In this document: positions 9,571 to 17,876 of the stretch, piece by piece | How the letters are laid out: each line of letters opens with the position of its first letter | Position numbering within the stretch: position 1 is the first letter of the stretch | From: Patescibacteria group bacterium | GTDB lineage: Bacteria > Patescibacteriota > Minisyncoccia > Phycocordibacterales > JACOZG01 | Length of the DNA: 64,000 bases | Assembly: GCA_034658935.1 (NCBI GenBank) | Contig: JAYEGE010000008.1 | Span: forward strand, 3,400 to 67,399 | Reading direction: 5' to 3' | Notes under the pieces: model-generated | Told to the model about the DNA's origin: nothing | Seen by the model: only the letters and a program-made list of their open reading frames with translations | Database searches by the model: none | Position numbers and translations under genes: made by a program

Positions 9571-10421
9571 ATGTTTCATAATTATCACCATATCATATCA
9601 GTCGGAAATCTTTTCCTAGCTTGGAGAGAATTTGTTCGCGGTAAAAAGAAAAGAGATAATGTGACCAAGAGGCATTGGTGGCTGATCGCTTATTACACCA
9701 TGTCATTTACCGATCTTTGTATATCTTCTTTGAACGCAGGTTTATCTATGATTCTTATTCTTGTCGCAACGGCAAGGGGACTCACAAGGCCCTCAATCGT
9801 TTTAGGACTTTTACTAGAAGAGTTTCACAAAACAACAGTCGCACTTGCTGGGTTTTAAAATGCGACATTCGTAAGTTCTTTGCCTCAATTGATCATTAAA
9901 TTCTGGTTGCTATTTTAAAGAGACATTTAGCCGACTCGGACAATATTTGGCTGCTAGACAACATTATTGGCAGTTTTTCCAGTACGGCTCCCGGCAAAGG
10001 TTTGCCTTTAGGCAATCTCACTTCCCAGCTTTTGGTGAATATTTATATGAACGAGTTTGACCAATTTATTAAACACCAACTTAAACAGAAGTATTATATC
10101 CGCTACGCTGACGATTTTGTGTTTATGCACCAGGACCGACTTGCACTCCTTGAAATATTTTCTATAATCCAAAGGTTTTTAACGCAAGAACTTAAACTAT
10201 TACTTCACTCTGATAAAATATTTTTGCAACCTGTTTCGTCCGGGGTCGATTTTCTAGGCTGGGTTCATTTCCTAGATCATCGAGTTTTGAGGACCAGCAC
10301 CAAGAGGCGAATGTTTAGGAATTTACAATTAGCTAGAGATAATGAGGAAGTTTTACAGTCATATCTTGGTTTAGTTCGCAACTTGACATCTGGGGGCGAT
10401 AGGTATATAATGACCAGGTAA
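9571..10421 (+). pseudogene. DGR-type reverse transcriptase, disrupted
   Basis: NLFLAWREFVRGKKKRDNV (RT N-terminus), DRLLHHVIYRSLYIFFERRFIYDSYSCRNGKGTHKAL, VLKCDIRKFFASIDH, PLGNLTSQLLVNIY (the LGxxxSQ motif typical of DGR RTs) and YIRYADDFVF (YADD). A frame change falls between 9660 and 9690 with about 45 aa missing relative to canonical RTs. An in-frame TAA sits at 9897-9899. Confidence 0.6.
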
Positions 10422-10522
10422 GTGTTTTTCTCACGATGTATTCTCGAGCACTCACAAGGTGTAAGGAAGGACTAGGAGAAAATGGTCGCCTTACATTTTA
10501 GTGTTAACGAAGTATAGTTCCA

Positions 10523-10810
10523 ATGGCTAAGAGATTGTATGTCGGTGGTTTGCCCTACACTACTACCGAGGAAAGTCTCCGCACTGCTTTTGCTCAAGCT
10601 GGGACCGTGGAATCCGCCAATATCATTATGGACAGGATGACCGGTCGCTCTAAGGGCTTTGGTTTCGTGGAGATGGCCACCGATGAGGAGGCCGCTAAAG
10701 CAATTGAAACGTGGAATGGTCAGGACTTCGAAGGACGTCGTCTCACCGTAAATGAGGCCCGCCCACTCGAAGAGCGACCCCCACGCCGCAATGGCGATTA
10801 CCAGGCCTAA
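10523..10810 (+). CDS. RRM-domain RNA-binding protein
   Basis: LYVGGLPYTTTEESLRTAF (RNP-2) and KGFGFVEM (RNP-1). Length 95 aa. Confidence 0.8.
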   Translation: MAKRLYVGGLPYTTTEESLRTAFAQAGTVESANIIMDRMTGRSKGFGFVEMATDEEAAKAIETWNGQDFEGRRLTVNEARPLEERPPRRNGDYQA

Positions 10811-10821
10811 GGCCTAGTAAC

Positions 10822-10856
10822 AAAACTCCCCCGCCAGTCGGGGGAGTTTTGTTTTG
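10822..10856 (+). terminator. rho-independent terminator (aaaactcccccg / cgggggagtttt followed by a T-run)
   Basis: Perfect 12-bp hairpin followed by TTTTGTTTTG. Confidence 0.7.
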
Positions 10857-10878
10857 CCTGAGAATAACCAGGCGAGGC

Positions 10879-10906
10879 TTGACAAAATGATTTTATAGTA
10901 TATAAT
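10879..10906 (+). promoter_or_regulatory. sigma70-like promoter TTGACA-N16-TATAAT
   Basis: Consensus -35 at 10879-10884 and consensus -10 at 10901-10906, upstream of the SPFH gene. Confidence 0.45.
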
Positions 10907-10980
10907 GGGGGGCAGTATAGAGTAATGAGAAGATGCGGCGTGTAGCTGTATCACTGAGGTCTTTGAAAGGGAGAAATCCA

Positions 10981-12363
10981 ATGGTAGCGAGAATTGTTGT
11001 GTTTTTGTTGTTGGCGGCCGTGTTTGTCGGCGGAGGGGAACTTTGGCAATCAGCCATCGCTCCGGAGATGTCCACGGATCTGGCATTGGCCCAGGTCAAC
11101 GGCGGCGACGCTGACGCAGTCGCCCTGCGTACTTATGAACAGGCGGCCCGCTCCATCACGGTGCTGCAGTGGGCGAGTATTGTTGTTCTCATACTCGCCT
11201 GTTTCGCTGGGCCGCTGTACCGCGAGCTCACCGGGACTCAGAAGAGCAAGGCGCTTTTCGGCGAAGGTTGCCGCGGTGGAGGCATGGGTGATGCGGCCAG
11301 ATCGTTCTTATTCGTATTGTTCGTTGGGGCCTTGTTGGCTTCCAGCGGATGTCGCCAGCCCTACGATGTGCCCGAGTACGTGGAGGTGGCCACCAACGAG
11401 ACCGCCTTTGTCGTACCCCTTGAAGGGGATACAGCGAAGCAGGTCGCTTTTGATTCAGCGGAGCAGTTGGATCAACACAAGGTGGCCGCCAAGCGAATCC
11501 GGATTACTCACCGCTTCAACCAGACGGGCCGTTATTTTTGGTCCGGCGAGTGGATTGACAATATCCGGGTGATCAAGGTCAGTCGAACACCGATCACCCG
11601 AGAGTGGGTGACTGGCGATGACAGAGGAACCGGCAACAAGGATGAAGCAATTTGGGCCGAGAGCTCAGATTCAGTCGGTTTCTCAACCGGCATCACTTGT
11701 ACCGGTATGGTGTCGGAAGCCGATACCGCGCTGTTTCTCTACAGCTACAACGGCCAATCACTGGCTCAGGTGATGGACACTGAAGTCCGGGCGCGAGTTC
11801 AGATGCTCTTGTCCGAGTTCTCCGCCAAGTACGTGATGGATGCCCTGCGGAATAAGAAGGGTGATATGATGACTGTCATCCGCGAAGGCGTTGTGCCCTT
11901 CTTCAAAGATAAGGGAATGGATATCACGACTATCGGCCAGTTCGGCGGCTTCGCTTATGAAAACCCGGCCATCCAAGAGGCGATCGATAAAGTCTTCATC
12001 GCCCAGCAAGAGAAGCAGGTTGCCAACGCACAGCTTGTTGCTCAAGAAGACAAGAACAAGCGATTGAAGATGGAGGGCGAGGGTGAAGCGGCCAAGCTAC
12101 GCGAGATGGCCAAGGGGCGCAAAGACGCGGCCATCACCGAGGCCGAAGGTCGAGCTTCAGCCATTGCCATGATCGCCGCCGCCACCAAGGAAGCCGGGCA
12201 AGACCCGCTCTTTTTGGAGATCCGTAGACTTGAGGTGGAACTCGAACGGATTAAGCGCTGGGATGGCAGGTATCCGTCCTACATGATGACAATGGGGGGC
12301 GACGGCGCCGGTCTGGGATTACTCCTGAATGTCCCGGGGCCAACGGTGGCCGCCGCCGATTAA
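10981..12363 (+). CDS. SPFH/band-7 (prohibitin/stomatin/HflK-like) membrane protein with an N-terminal two-TM extension
   Basis: The C-terminal region EAIDKVFIAQQEKQVANAQLVAQEDKNKRLKMEGEGEAAKLREMAKGRKDAAITEAEGRA is a typical SPFH coiled-coil region. Start chosen at the ATG at 10981 because of its RBS (aaagggag); the ORF track starts at 10933. Confidence 0.65.
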   Translation: MVARIVVFLLLAAVFVGGGELWQSAIAPEMSTDLALAQVNGGDADAVALRTYEQAARSITVLQWASIVVLILACFAGPLYRELTGTQKSKALFGEGCRGGGMGDAARSFLFVLFVGALLASSGCRQPYDVPEYVEVATNETAFVVPLEGDTAKQVAFDSAEQLDQHKVAAKRIRITHRFNQTGRYFWSGEWIDNIRVIKVSRTPITREWVTGDDRGTGNKDEAIWAESSDSVGFSTGITCTGMVSEADTALFLYSYNGQSLAQVMDTEVRARVQMLLSEFSAKYVMDALRNKKGDMMTVIREGVVPFFKDKGMDITTIGQFGGFAYENPAIQEAIDKVFIAQQEKQVANAQLVAQEDKNKRLKMEGEGEAAKLREMAKGRKDAAITEAEGRASAIAMIAAATKEAGQDPLFLEIRRLEVELERIKRWDGRYPSYMMTMGGDGAGLGLLLNVPGPTVAAAD

Positions 12364-12453
12364 TTTCTCCCTATTGCAGGAAGGAGGTGTCTTATGGCCC
12401 TTAAGCGTTGGATCATTCCGGAAGTGGCCCATTGCGTAAAAGGCTGCTGGCAC

Positions 12454-12491
12454 GGCCCCACGAGAACTTGTTCTCGTGGGGCCCTTTTTTT
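12454..12491 (+). terminator. rho-independent terminator (ggccccacgagaa / ttctcgtggggcc followed by T8)
   Basis: 13-bp hairpin followed by TTTTTTTG. Confidence 0.7.
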
Positions 12492-12505
12492 GTTATCCTT
12501 TGTGC

Positions 12506-13477
12506 ATGGAAGAAACGATTCTCAATTTCGCCGAACAATTCAAATGGGAGCCAGAAATAAATAATAGTGAATCACTTGGAGGAAGAACCTCCAAGTGGAT
12601 AGTTTGTGGGATGGGCGGTTCTCATCTGGCCGCAGGGCTGATGAGAGTCCATAATCCCCGGCTCGACTTATTGATTCATCGTGATTATGGTCTGCCCCGT
12701 GTACCCGATTATTTTCTCGAAGGCAGTTTAATTATTCTCAGCTCCTATTCTGGTAATACCGAAGAGATTTTAGATGCTGGTAAGGTGGCCCTAGAGCGGG
12801 GCTTGAATTTGGCGGTCATAAGTACTGATGGGGCATTACTTGAATTTGCTGAAGCTAATCAGTTGCCCTATGTTCAATCGCCAAGTTCTGACAAGCTCCA
12901 GCCGCGCATGGCCCTAGGCTATAGCTTAAAAGCGATGGCGAAATTAATTGGTAATGACGACATCTCGGTTCAGTTGAGTGCGTTGGCTGATACTCTTGAG
13001 CCGGCAGAATTACGACCGGCAGGGGAGAAGCTAGCCGAGCAGATTAAGGGTAAGATTCCCCTCTTTTATTCCTCTGTTGCCAACCTGCCCCTGGCTTATA
13101 ATTGGAAGATCAAATTCAATGAGACGGCTAAGGCGCCAGCTTTCTACAATGTTCTGCCAGAGGCGAACCATAATGAGATGGCTGGTTTCAATGGTGTTCT
13201 CGCCCAGCAGGATTTAAATCAGAAATTCTTTACTCTTTTTCTTACTGATCCCAATGACGAGCTACGCCTCGCTAAACGCTTTCAAGTCTTGGCTGAGATG
13301 TATCGAGATTGGGGGGTATCAACAGAAGAAGTGCCCCTATCGGGGGGCACTTCTTGGCAACGCATCTTTAACTCCTTAGTCTTAGCTGACTGGGCCGCCT
13401 ACCATCTGGCCACCTTGAATGGTGATGATCCAGAAGCGGTACCAATGATCGAAGAGTTCAAGAAATTAATTGGCTGA
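12506..13477 (+). CDS. bifunctional phosphoglucose/phosphomannose isomerase (SIS-domain, archaeal-type PGI/PMI)
   Basis: WIVCGMGGSHLAAGL (SIS motif) and SSYSGNTEEIL (the SxSGNTxE signature of the PGI/PMI family). Start placed at MEETILNF because the GTG at 12476 lies inside the terminator hairpin. Confidence 0.75.
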   Translation: MEETILNFAEQFKWEPEINNSESLGGRTSKWIVCGMGGSHLAAGLMRVHNPRLDLLIHRDYGLPRVPDYFLEGSLIILSSYSGNTEEILDAGKVALERGLNLAVISTDGALLEFAEANQLPYVQSPSSDKLQPRMALGYSLKAMAKLIGNDDISVQLSALADTLEPAELRPAGEKLAEQIKGKIPLFYSSVANLPLAYNWKIKFNETAKAPAFYNVLPEANHNEMAGFNGVLAQQDLNQKFFTLFLTDPNDELRLAKRFQVLAEMYRDWGVSTEEVPLSGGTSWQRIFNSLVLADWAAYHLATLNGDDPEAVPMIEEFKKLIG

Positions 13478-14629
13478 AGCTGGGGGAATAGGGAAAGGCA
13501 TCATCCCTTCAGGCATACCTGGAGGCATTTGAGGCATCGGCATATCGCTGAAGGCCTCGCTCATGGTACCGAAGGACTCACCAAACATTGCCCCAAGTAC
13601 TTCTTGGATGGTCTGGCCGTCACTGGGCGCTTCAATATTTACTGGTTCATTGTGGTTGTTGAAACTTGCCGAGAAATTGACTGTCCCGTTAATGATCGCG
13701 ACATCTTCAGGATCGCCAGCCCAGAGTTGGGTATTATCGAAGACCATCTCGAGATTCATCTTGTGAGGCAGGTAGTCACTTTTCGCTAGCCAAATATCTC
13801 CGACTAGATCGGGCAAGGTATCTATTACTCTGCCTATTATCGCTAAGACCTCAGCCTTATCTTGTTGGCTCTCGACGGTATACTCACTTGGGTATTCGGT
13901 AACCAATAGGTCGAAAGACCTGGCGATTAACCTCTTTAGACTATCCTTGTCGAGGTCAATGGCGTAATGCCAAGTTGCTTCGCCGTCAATGTTCCCACTG
14001 TCAATGAGTTCGCCGAGACTGATTACTTTCTCCTCCTTCCAGATTCCGATCAGTTTGAGAGCGATCTCCTTAGTCTTCTCGTCCATGTTCTCTATGCTGT
14101 GGTCCACTCCGAGTCGGTCTTCCAGATCTTGTCTGTCGATTTTTATCCAGCGATCAGAGAGGAAGCTGGCCCCAAAGGCAGCTAAGAGTGGAAATTGTCC
14201 TATCTTAACGTAGGTGATCCCGTCGATGGTGCGGCTCTCGCCGCCTACTTTAAAACTGGCCAGTTCGTTACTGCTAGTTAGCTCGGCGGTTACTTGGACG
14301 CTAGATTTTATATTGTCTAAATCTGACCAATCACTCTGGCCATTTGCATTTATCTTGACATCGCCGCTTAGTGGCTCGTCCTTCTCGTCCCCCTCTTGTC
14401 GGACTTCTCCTCGGAGGCCGATTTCCTGTTGGTAGGTTAAGGTTTTAAGCGACCAGATACCCTCCCACATTTTGGCTTCAGCCGCCGATGCCCCTGAGTT
14501 GGACCTGAAGACGCTAGTTACCTTATTGAATGATTCTGGCTGGGCAAAATAGGCATAGGCGCCTCCTCCGATCAGCAGAAGGATGATTGTGATGATGATC
14601 AGGGGTGCTCCTCCGCGTTGTTTGTTCAT
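13466..14629 (-). CDS. hypothetical secreted/membrane-anchored protein with a Pro/Met-rich C-terminus
   Basis: N-terminal TM/signal segment (LIIITIILLLIGGGAYAYF). No recognisable domain. Confidence 0.45.
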   Translation of the reverse strand: MNKQRGGAPLIIITIILLLIGGGAYAYFAQPESFNKVTSVFRSNSGASAAEAKMWEGIWSLKTLTYQQEIGLRGEVRQEGDEKDEPLSGDVKINANGQSDWSDLDNIKSSVQVTAELTSSNELASFKVGGESRTIDGITYVKIGQFPLLAAFGASFLSDRWIKIDRQDLEDRLGVDHSIENMDEKTKEIALKLIGIWKEEKVISLGELIDSGNIDGEATWHYAIDLDKDSLKRLIARSFDLLVTEYPSEYTVESQQDKAEVLAIIGRVIDTLPDLVGDIWLAKSDYLPHKMNLEMVFDNTQLWAGDPEDVAIINGTVNFSASFNNHNEPVNIEAPSDGQTIQEVLGAMFGESFGTMSEAFSDMPMPQMPPGMPEGMMPFPIPPASAN

Positions 14630-14704
14630 CTTAGTACTTGGTTATTTTTGTTGTATAATAATGCTTACAAGCGGTAGTCTACCAATAATCTATTAATTAG
14701 ACCA

Positions 14705-15499
14705 ATGAGCTATTTACTTTTTGATTTGGGGGCAACCAATCTGCGAATGGCCGCAGTCTCTGAAGCCGATTGGAGCAAGGGGGAGTTGGGGGAGAAGAAG
14801 ATGGTTGCCCATTCGGGTGGCACTGAGCCCACCCTGACCATAATGCAGCAATTGATGGAGGAGCTTAAACCAGCCGATGGCTATAGCCTAATGGCTGGGG
14901 GGATCACTCGTAAATTATCTGCCTTAGTGCCGGAACTAACTCAGGCTGCTGGTCGCCCTCTCTACTTGGAGAATGATGCTGCCTTGGTTGGTTTAGGGGA
15001 GGCTCTGACTGGTGCTGGGCGAGGACATGGCATTGTGGCTTATGTGACGGTTAGTTCTGGTGTCGGTGGAGTGAGGATAGTTGATGGAATGATCGATCGC
15101 AAGGCGGTTGGCTTTGAGCCTGGTTATCAAGTTATTAATTACGACGGCGAGCCCAAAGTTTTAGAGCAGATTGTGTCTGGTTTTGGTATTAAGGAACGAC
15201 TCGGTAAGGACCCCAGCACAATTGAGGATGATAAGTTTTGGTTGGAGATGTCCCAGGTCTTGGCTTATGGGCTCTACAACATGATTCTCCATTGGTCACC
15301 CGAGGTGGTGGTAGTGGGCGGAGCGATGATGGGTTCACCGGGGATAATTTTAGGTGAGGTGAAGAAGACCCTGGCCGATATTAACCGGCTGCCTTCCTTG
15401 CCAGAAATTGTCCCAGCCGAACTGGGGGAGTGGGGCGGGCTCCACGGGGCAGCTGCCTATTTGCGCCACGAACTTGAGGATCAAGTAGAAGAGGAGTAG
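14705..15499 (+). CDS. ROK-family sugar kinase/regulator-like protein
   Basis: LLFDLGATNLRMA (ATPase phosphate-1 motif), ENDAALVGLGEA and GVGGVRIVDG (ROK signature-like). Confidence 0.6.
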   Translation: MSYLLFDLGATNLRMAAVSEADWSKGELGEKKMVAHSGGTEPTLTIMQQLMEELKPADGYSLMAGGITRKLSALVPELTQAAGRPLYLENDAALVGLGEALTGAGRGHGIVAYVTVSSGVGGVRIVDGMIDRKAVGFEPGYQVINYDGEPKVLEQIVSGFGIKERLGKDPSTIEDDKFWLEMSQVLAYGLYNMILHWSPEVVVVGGAMMGSPGIILGEVKKTLADINRLPSLPEIVPAELGEWGGLHGAAAYLRHELEDQVEEE

Positions 15500-15543
15500 A
15501 TTTGGGTACTTGCTTTTTCATATATACCTGATATAATAACGAC

Positions 15544-16090
15544 GGCTTGGTGCCGGGCAATTAATCCAATGTTTGGCGTTGGGTAGGAAAGTCCGGACAC
15601 AGCGATTCCTTTATTTAATAAGGGATGGGAATGGTAGCGGCTCCGATGCTCCATAGGGAACTATAGAGTTCGGAGCTCCGACCCTCGATGTAATATCGGG
15701 GCGTCGGAGGTAACGCCCGTCCTCCGATGGACATCGGAGAGGGATGCGAGCAGAGACGTCGAGGGCGAGAGCCTAAGACCCCTTCAGGGTGATGCTCATG
15801 GAGACGTGAGCTTGAAACGGCAAAATTCCTACCTCTGTGCAAGGTCGTGCCCAGCACCACTTTCAGAAAAGTGGTGCTGGGAGTGCCGCTATAGGCGATT
15901 GGCGACAATCGTCACAGATAAATGATTGCCACCAATTTTGTTCACCACAAGTGAGTACAAAATTGAGTGCTCCGACTTTACGTCGGAGTTAAACCCCGAC
16001 GACCTGTCGGTATCGGGGTACTCGATTTTGCGTCCACCTGCGGTGGGCAAAATCGGCACAGAATCCGGCTTATGAGCACCAAGCCACCAA
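15544..16090 (+). ncRNA. rnpB: RNase P RNA (bacterial type), unusually long, about 545 nt
   Basis: Contains AGGAAAGTCCGG (P4 5' strand), ATAGGG and ACAGAATCCGGCTTAT (P4 3' strand). The P1 stem pairs ggcttggtgc (15544-15553) with gcaccaagcc (16076-16085). A terminator hairpin lies at about 16107-16135. Confidence 0.7.
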
Positions 16091-16155
16091 AAATCAAGAC
16101 TCCTCGCTCCAAGCGGGGAGTTTTGCTACCATGATAATTATAATCAACTAATACT

Positions 16156-17832
16156 GTGGAGAGATTATGGCGCTGGTTTAATAAGGGTTGGGGCGGCTTG
16201 CATGAGGCTGCCCTGGTTTTGGCGCTCTCGGCTCTCGCTTCGCAACTCCTCGCTCTGATCCGCGATCGCCTCTTGGCCGCTAGTTTTGGCGCCGGTCGAG
16301 AGCTCGATATTTATTACGCCGCTTTCCGCTTACCAGACTTAGTTTACGTCTCGATCGCTTCTTTCATCTCTGTCGCCGTTGTTATTCCCCTATTGGCCGA
16401 GAAGGAGAAGTCGGGGGATACTGCGGCAAGTAAGAAACTACTAAATAATATTTTTACCGCCTTCATCTTGGTGATGTTGGTAGTCAGCTTGATCCTATTT
16501 ATTGTGATGCCTTGGTTGGCGCCCTTAGTCGCCCCCGGCTTTGATGCTGGTTCCGCAGACCTATTAACCACCTTAAGTCGCATCCTCCTGCTCTCACCAT
16601 TTTTGCTGGGTCTATCTAATCTCTTTAGCGCAGTCACCCAATCACTTCGCCGCTTCTTTATCTACGCTCTCAGCCCAGTCCTCTACAACGTTGGCATTAT
16701 TATTGGCATTGTCTTTTTCGAGCCGCATCTGGGCTTGCCTGGCTTGGCTTGGGGTGTTGCCTTGGGGGCCCTTCTCCACCTGGCTATCCAATGGCCGACT
16801 GTTTGGCAACACGGCTTCTTCCCCCGCTTAATTCGCCACCTGGATTGGCGGGAATTACGCCGGGTGATTTGGCTCTCCCTGCCTCGGACTCTTGGCTTGG
16901 GGGCAGTGCAGTTAACCACTCTCGCCCTAGTGGCCATTGCCTCGCTCATCGGGACTGGGGCTATTGCCGTCTTCAATTTCGCTAATAATCTCCAGGCTGT
17001 CCCTCTAGCAATTATCGGTGTTAGCTATTCGGTGGCCGCCTTTCCCACGCTAGTAAATCTTTTTGCTAGTGGCGAGCGTGATAAGTTCAAACTACAGATC
17101 AGTACCGCCATCCGACATATTCTCTTTTGGGCTCTACCAGCAACGATACTCTTTATCGTCTTGCGGGCCCAAATTGTCCGGGTGATTTTAGGTAGTGGCC
17201 GCTTCTCTTGGGACGATACTCGCTTAACGGCCGCGGCCATGGCTTTATTCATTGTCTCCTTGGCTGCCCAAAGCCTGGTCCTGGTTCTAGTTCGGGCCTA
17301 TTATTCTGCTGGCCAGACTCGACGCCCCCTACTCGTTAACGTGCTCTCGGCCATCTTAACTATTCTATTAGCTTTCGTCTTTTGGCGGATCTTTATCTCC
17401 TCTGCTCAGCCGCTCTTTTTCCTAGAAGGCTTATTGCGGGTGAGAGATATATCTGGCACCGCCGTCTTGGCTTTGCCGCTAGCCTTTACCCTCGGCTCAC
17501 TACTTAATATTTGGTTCCTTTGGCAGTTGTTCCAACGAGACTTCGGTCGCTTCCCCAAGATGGTAGATAAGGCCCTGGGGCAATCGGTGGCGGCTTCTTT
17601 GGGCGGCGGCCTCACCGCCTATATTGCCCTTAATTTGCTCGACAATGTTCTAGATCTTAATACCTTTGTCGGTATCTTCACTCAAGGATTCGTGGCGGGT
17701 ATTTTAGGCCTGCTAGCCTTTACCTTAATCCTTTGGAAATTGAAAAATAAGGAGCTTAAAGAAATCACTAAATCCCTACACAATAAATTCTGGCAATCCC
17801 GCCCCATCGCCCCCGAACCAGAGGGGCTATAG
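16156..17832 (+). CDS. murJ: lipid II flippase MurJ (MviN family)
   Basis: N-terminal LIRDRLLAASFGAGRELDIYYAAFRLPDL matches the MurJ motif. About 14 predicted TM helices. Length 558 aa. Confidence 0.75.
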   Translation: MERLWRWFNKGWGGLHEAALVLALSALASQLLALIRDRLLAASFGAGRELDIYYAAFRLPDLVYVSIASFISVAVVIPLLAEKEKSGDTAASKKLLNNIFTAFILVMLVVSLILFIVMPWLAPLVAPGFDAGSADLLTTLSRILLLSPFLLGLSNLFSAVTQSLRRFFIYALSPVLYNVGIIIGIVFFEPHLGLPGLAWGVALGALLHLAIQWPTVWQHGFFPRLIRHLDWRELRRVIWLSLPRTLGLGAVQLTTLALVAIASLIGTGAIAVFNFANNLQAVPLAIIGVSYSVAAFPTLVNLFASGERDKFKLQISTAIRHILFWALPATILFIVLRAQIVRVILGSGRFSWDDTRLTAAAMALFIVSLAAQSLVLVLVRAYYSAGQTRRPLLVNVLSAILTILLAFVFWRIFISSAQPLFFLEGLLRVRDISGTAVLALPLAFTLGSLLNIWFLWQLFQRDFGRFPKMVDKALGQSVAASLGGGLTAYIALNLLDNVLDLNTFVGIFTQGFVAGILGLLAFTLILWKLKNKELKEITKSLHNKFWQSRPIAPEPEGL

Positions 17833-17876
17833 GAATCCTTTGATTTCTTGCTGTTTTCCAGTAGAGTCTATAGGCA

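Noticed and set aside
12476-12505. GTG start at 12476 for the PGI/PMI gene, as in the ORF track
   Set aside because: The codon lies inside the 13-bp stem of the upstream terminator hairpin. The ATG at 12506 (MEETILNF) is a more plausible start.
15615-15908. 97-aa minus-strand ORF
   Set aside because: It lies entirely inside the RNase P RNA gene.
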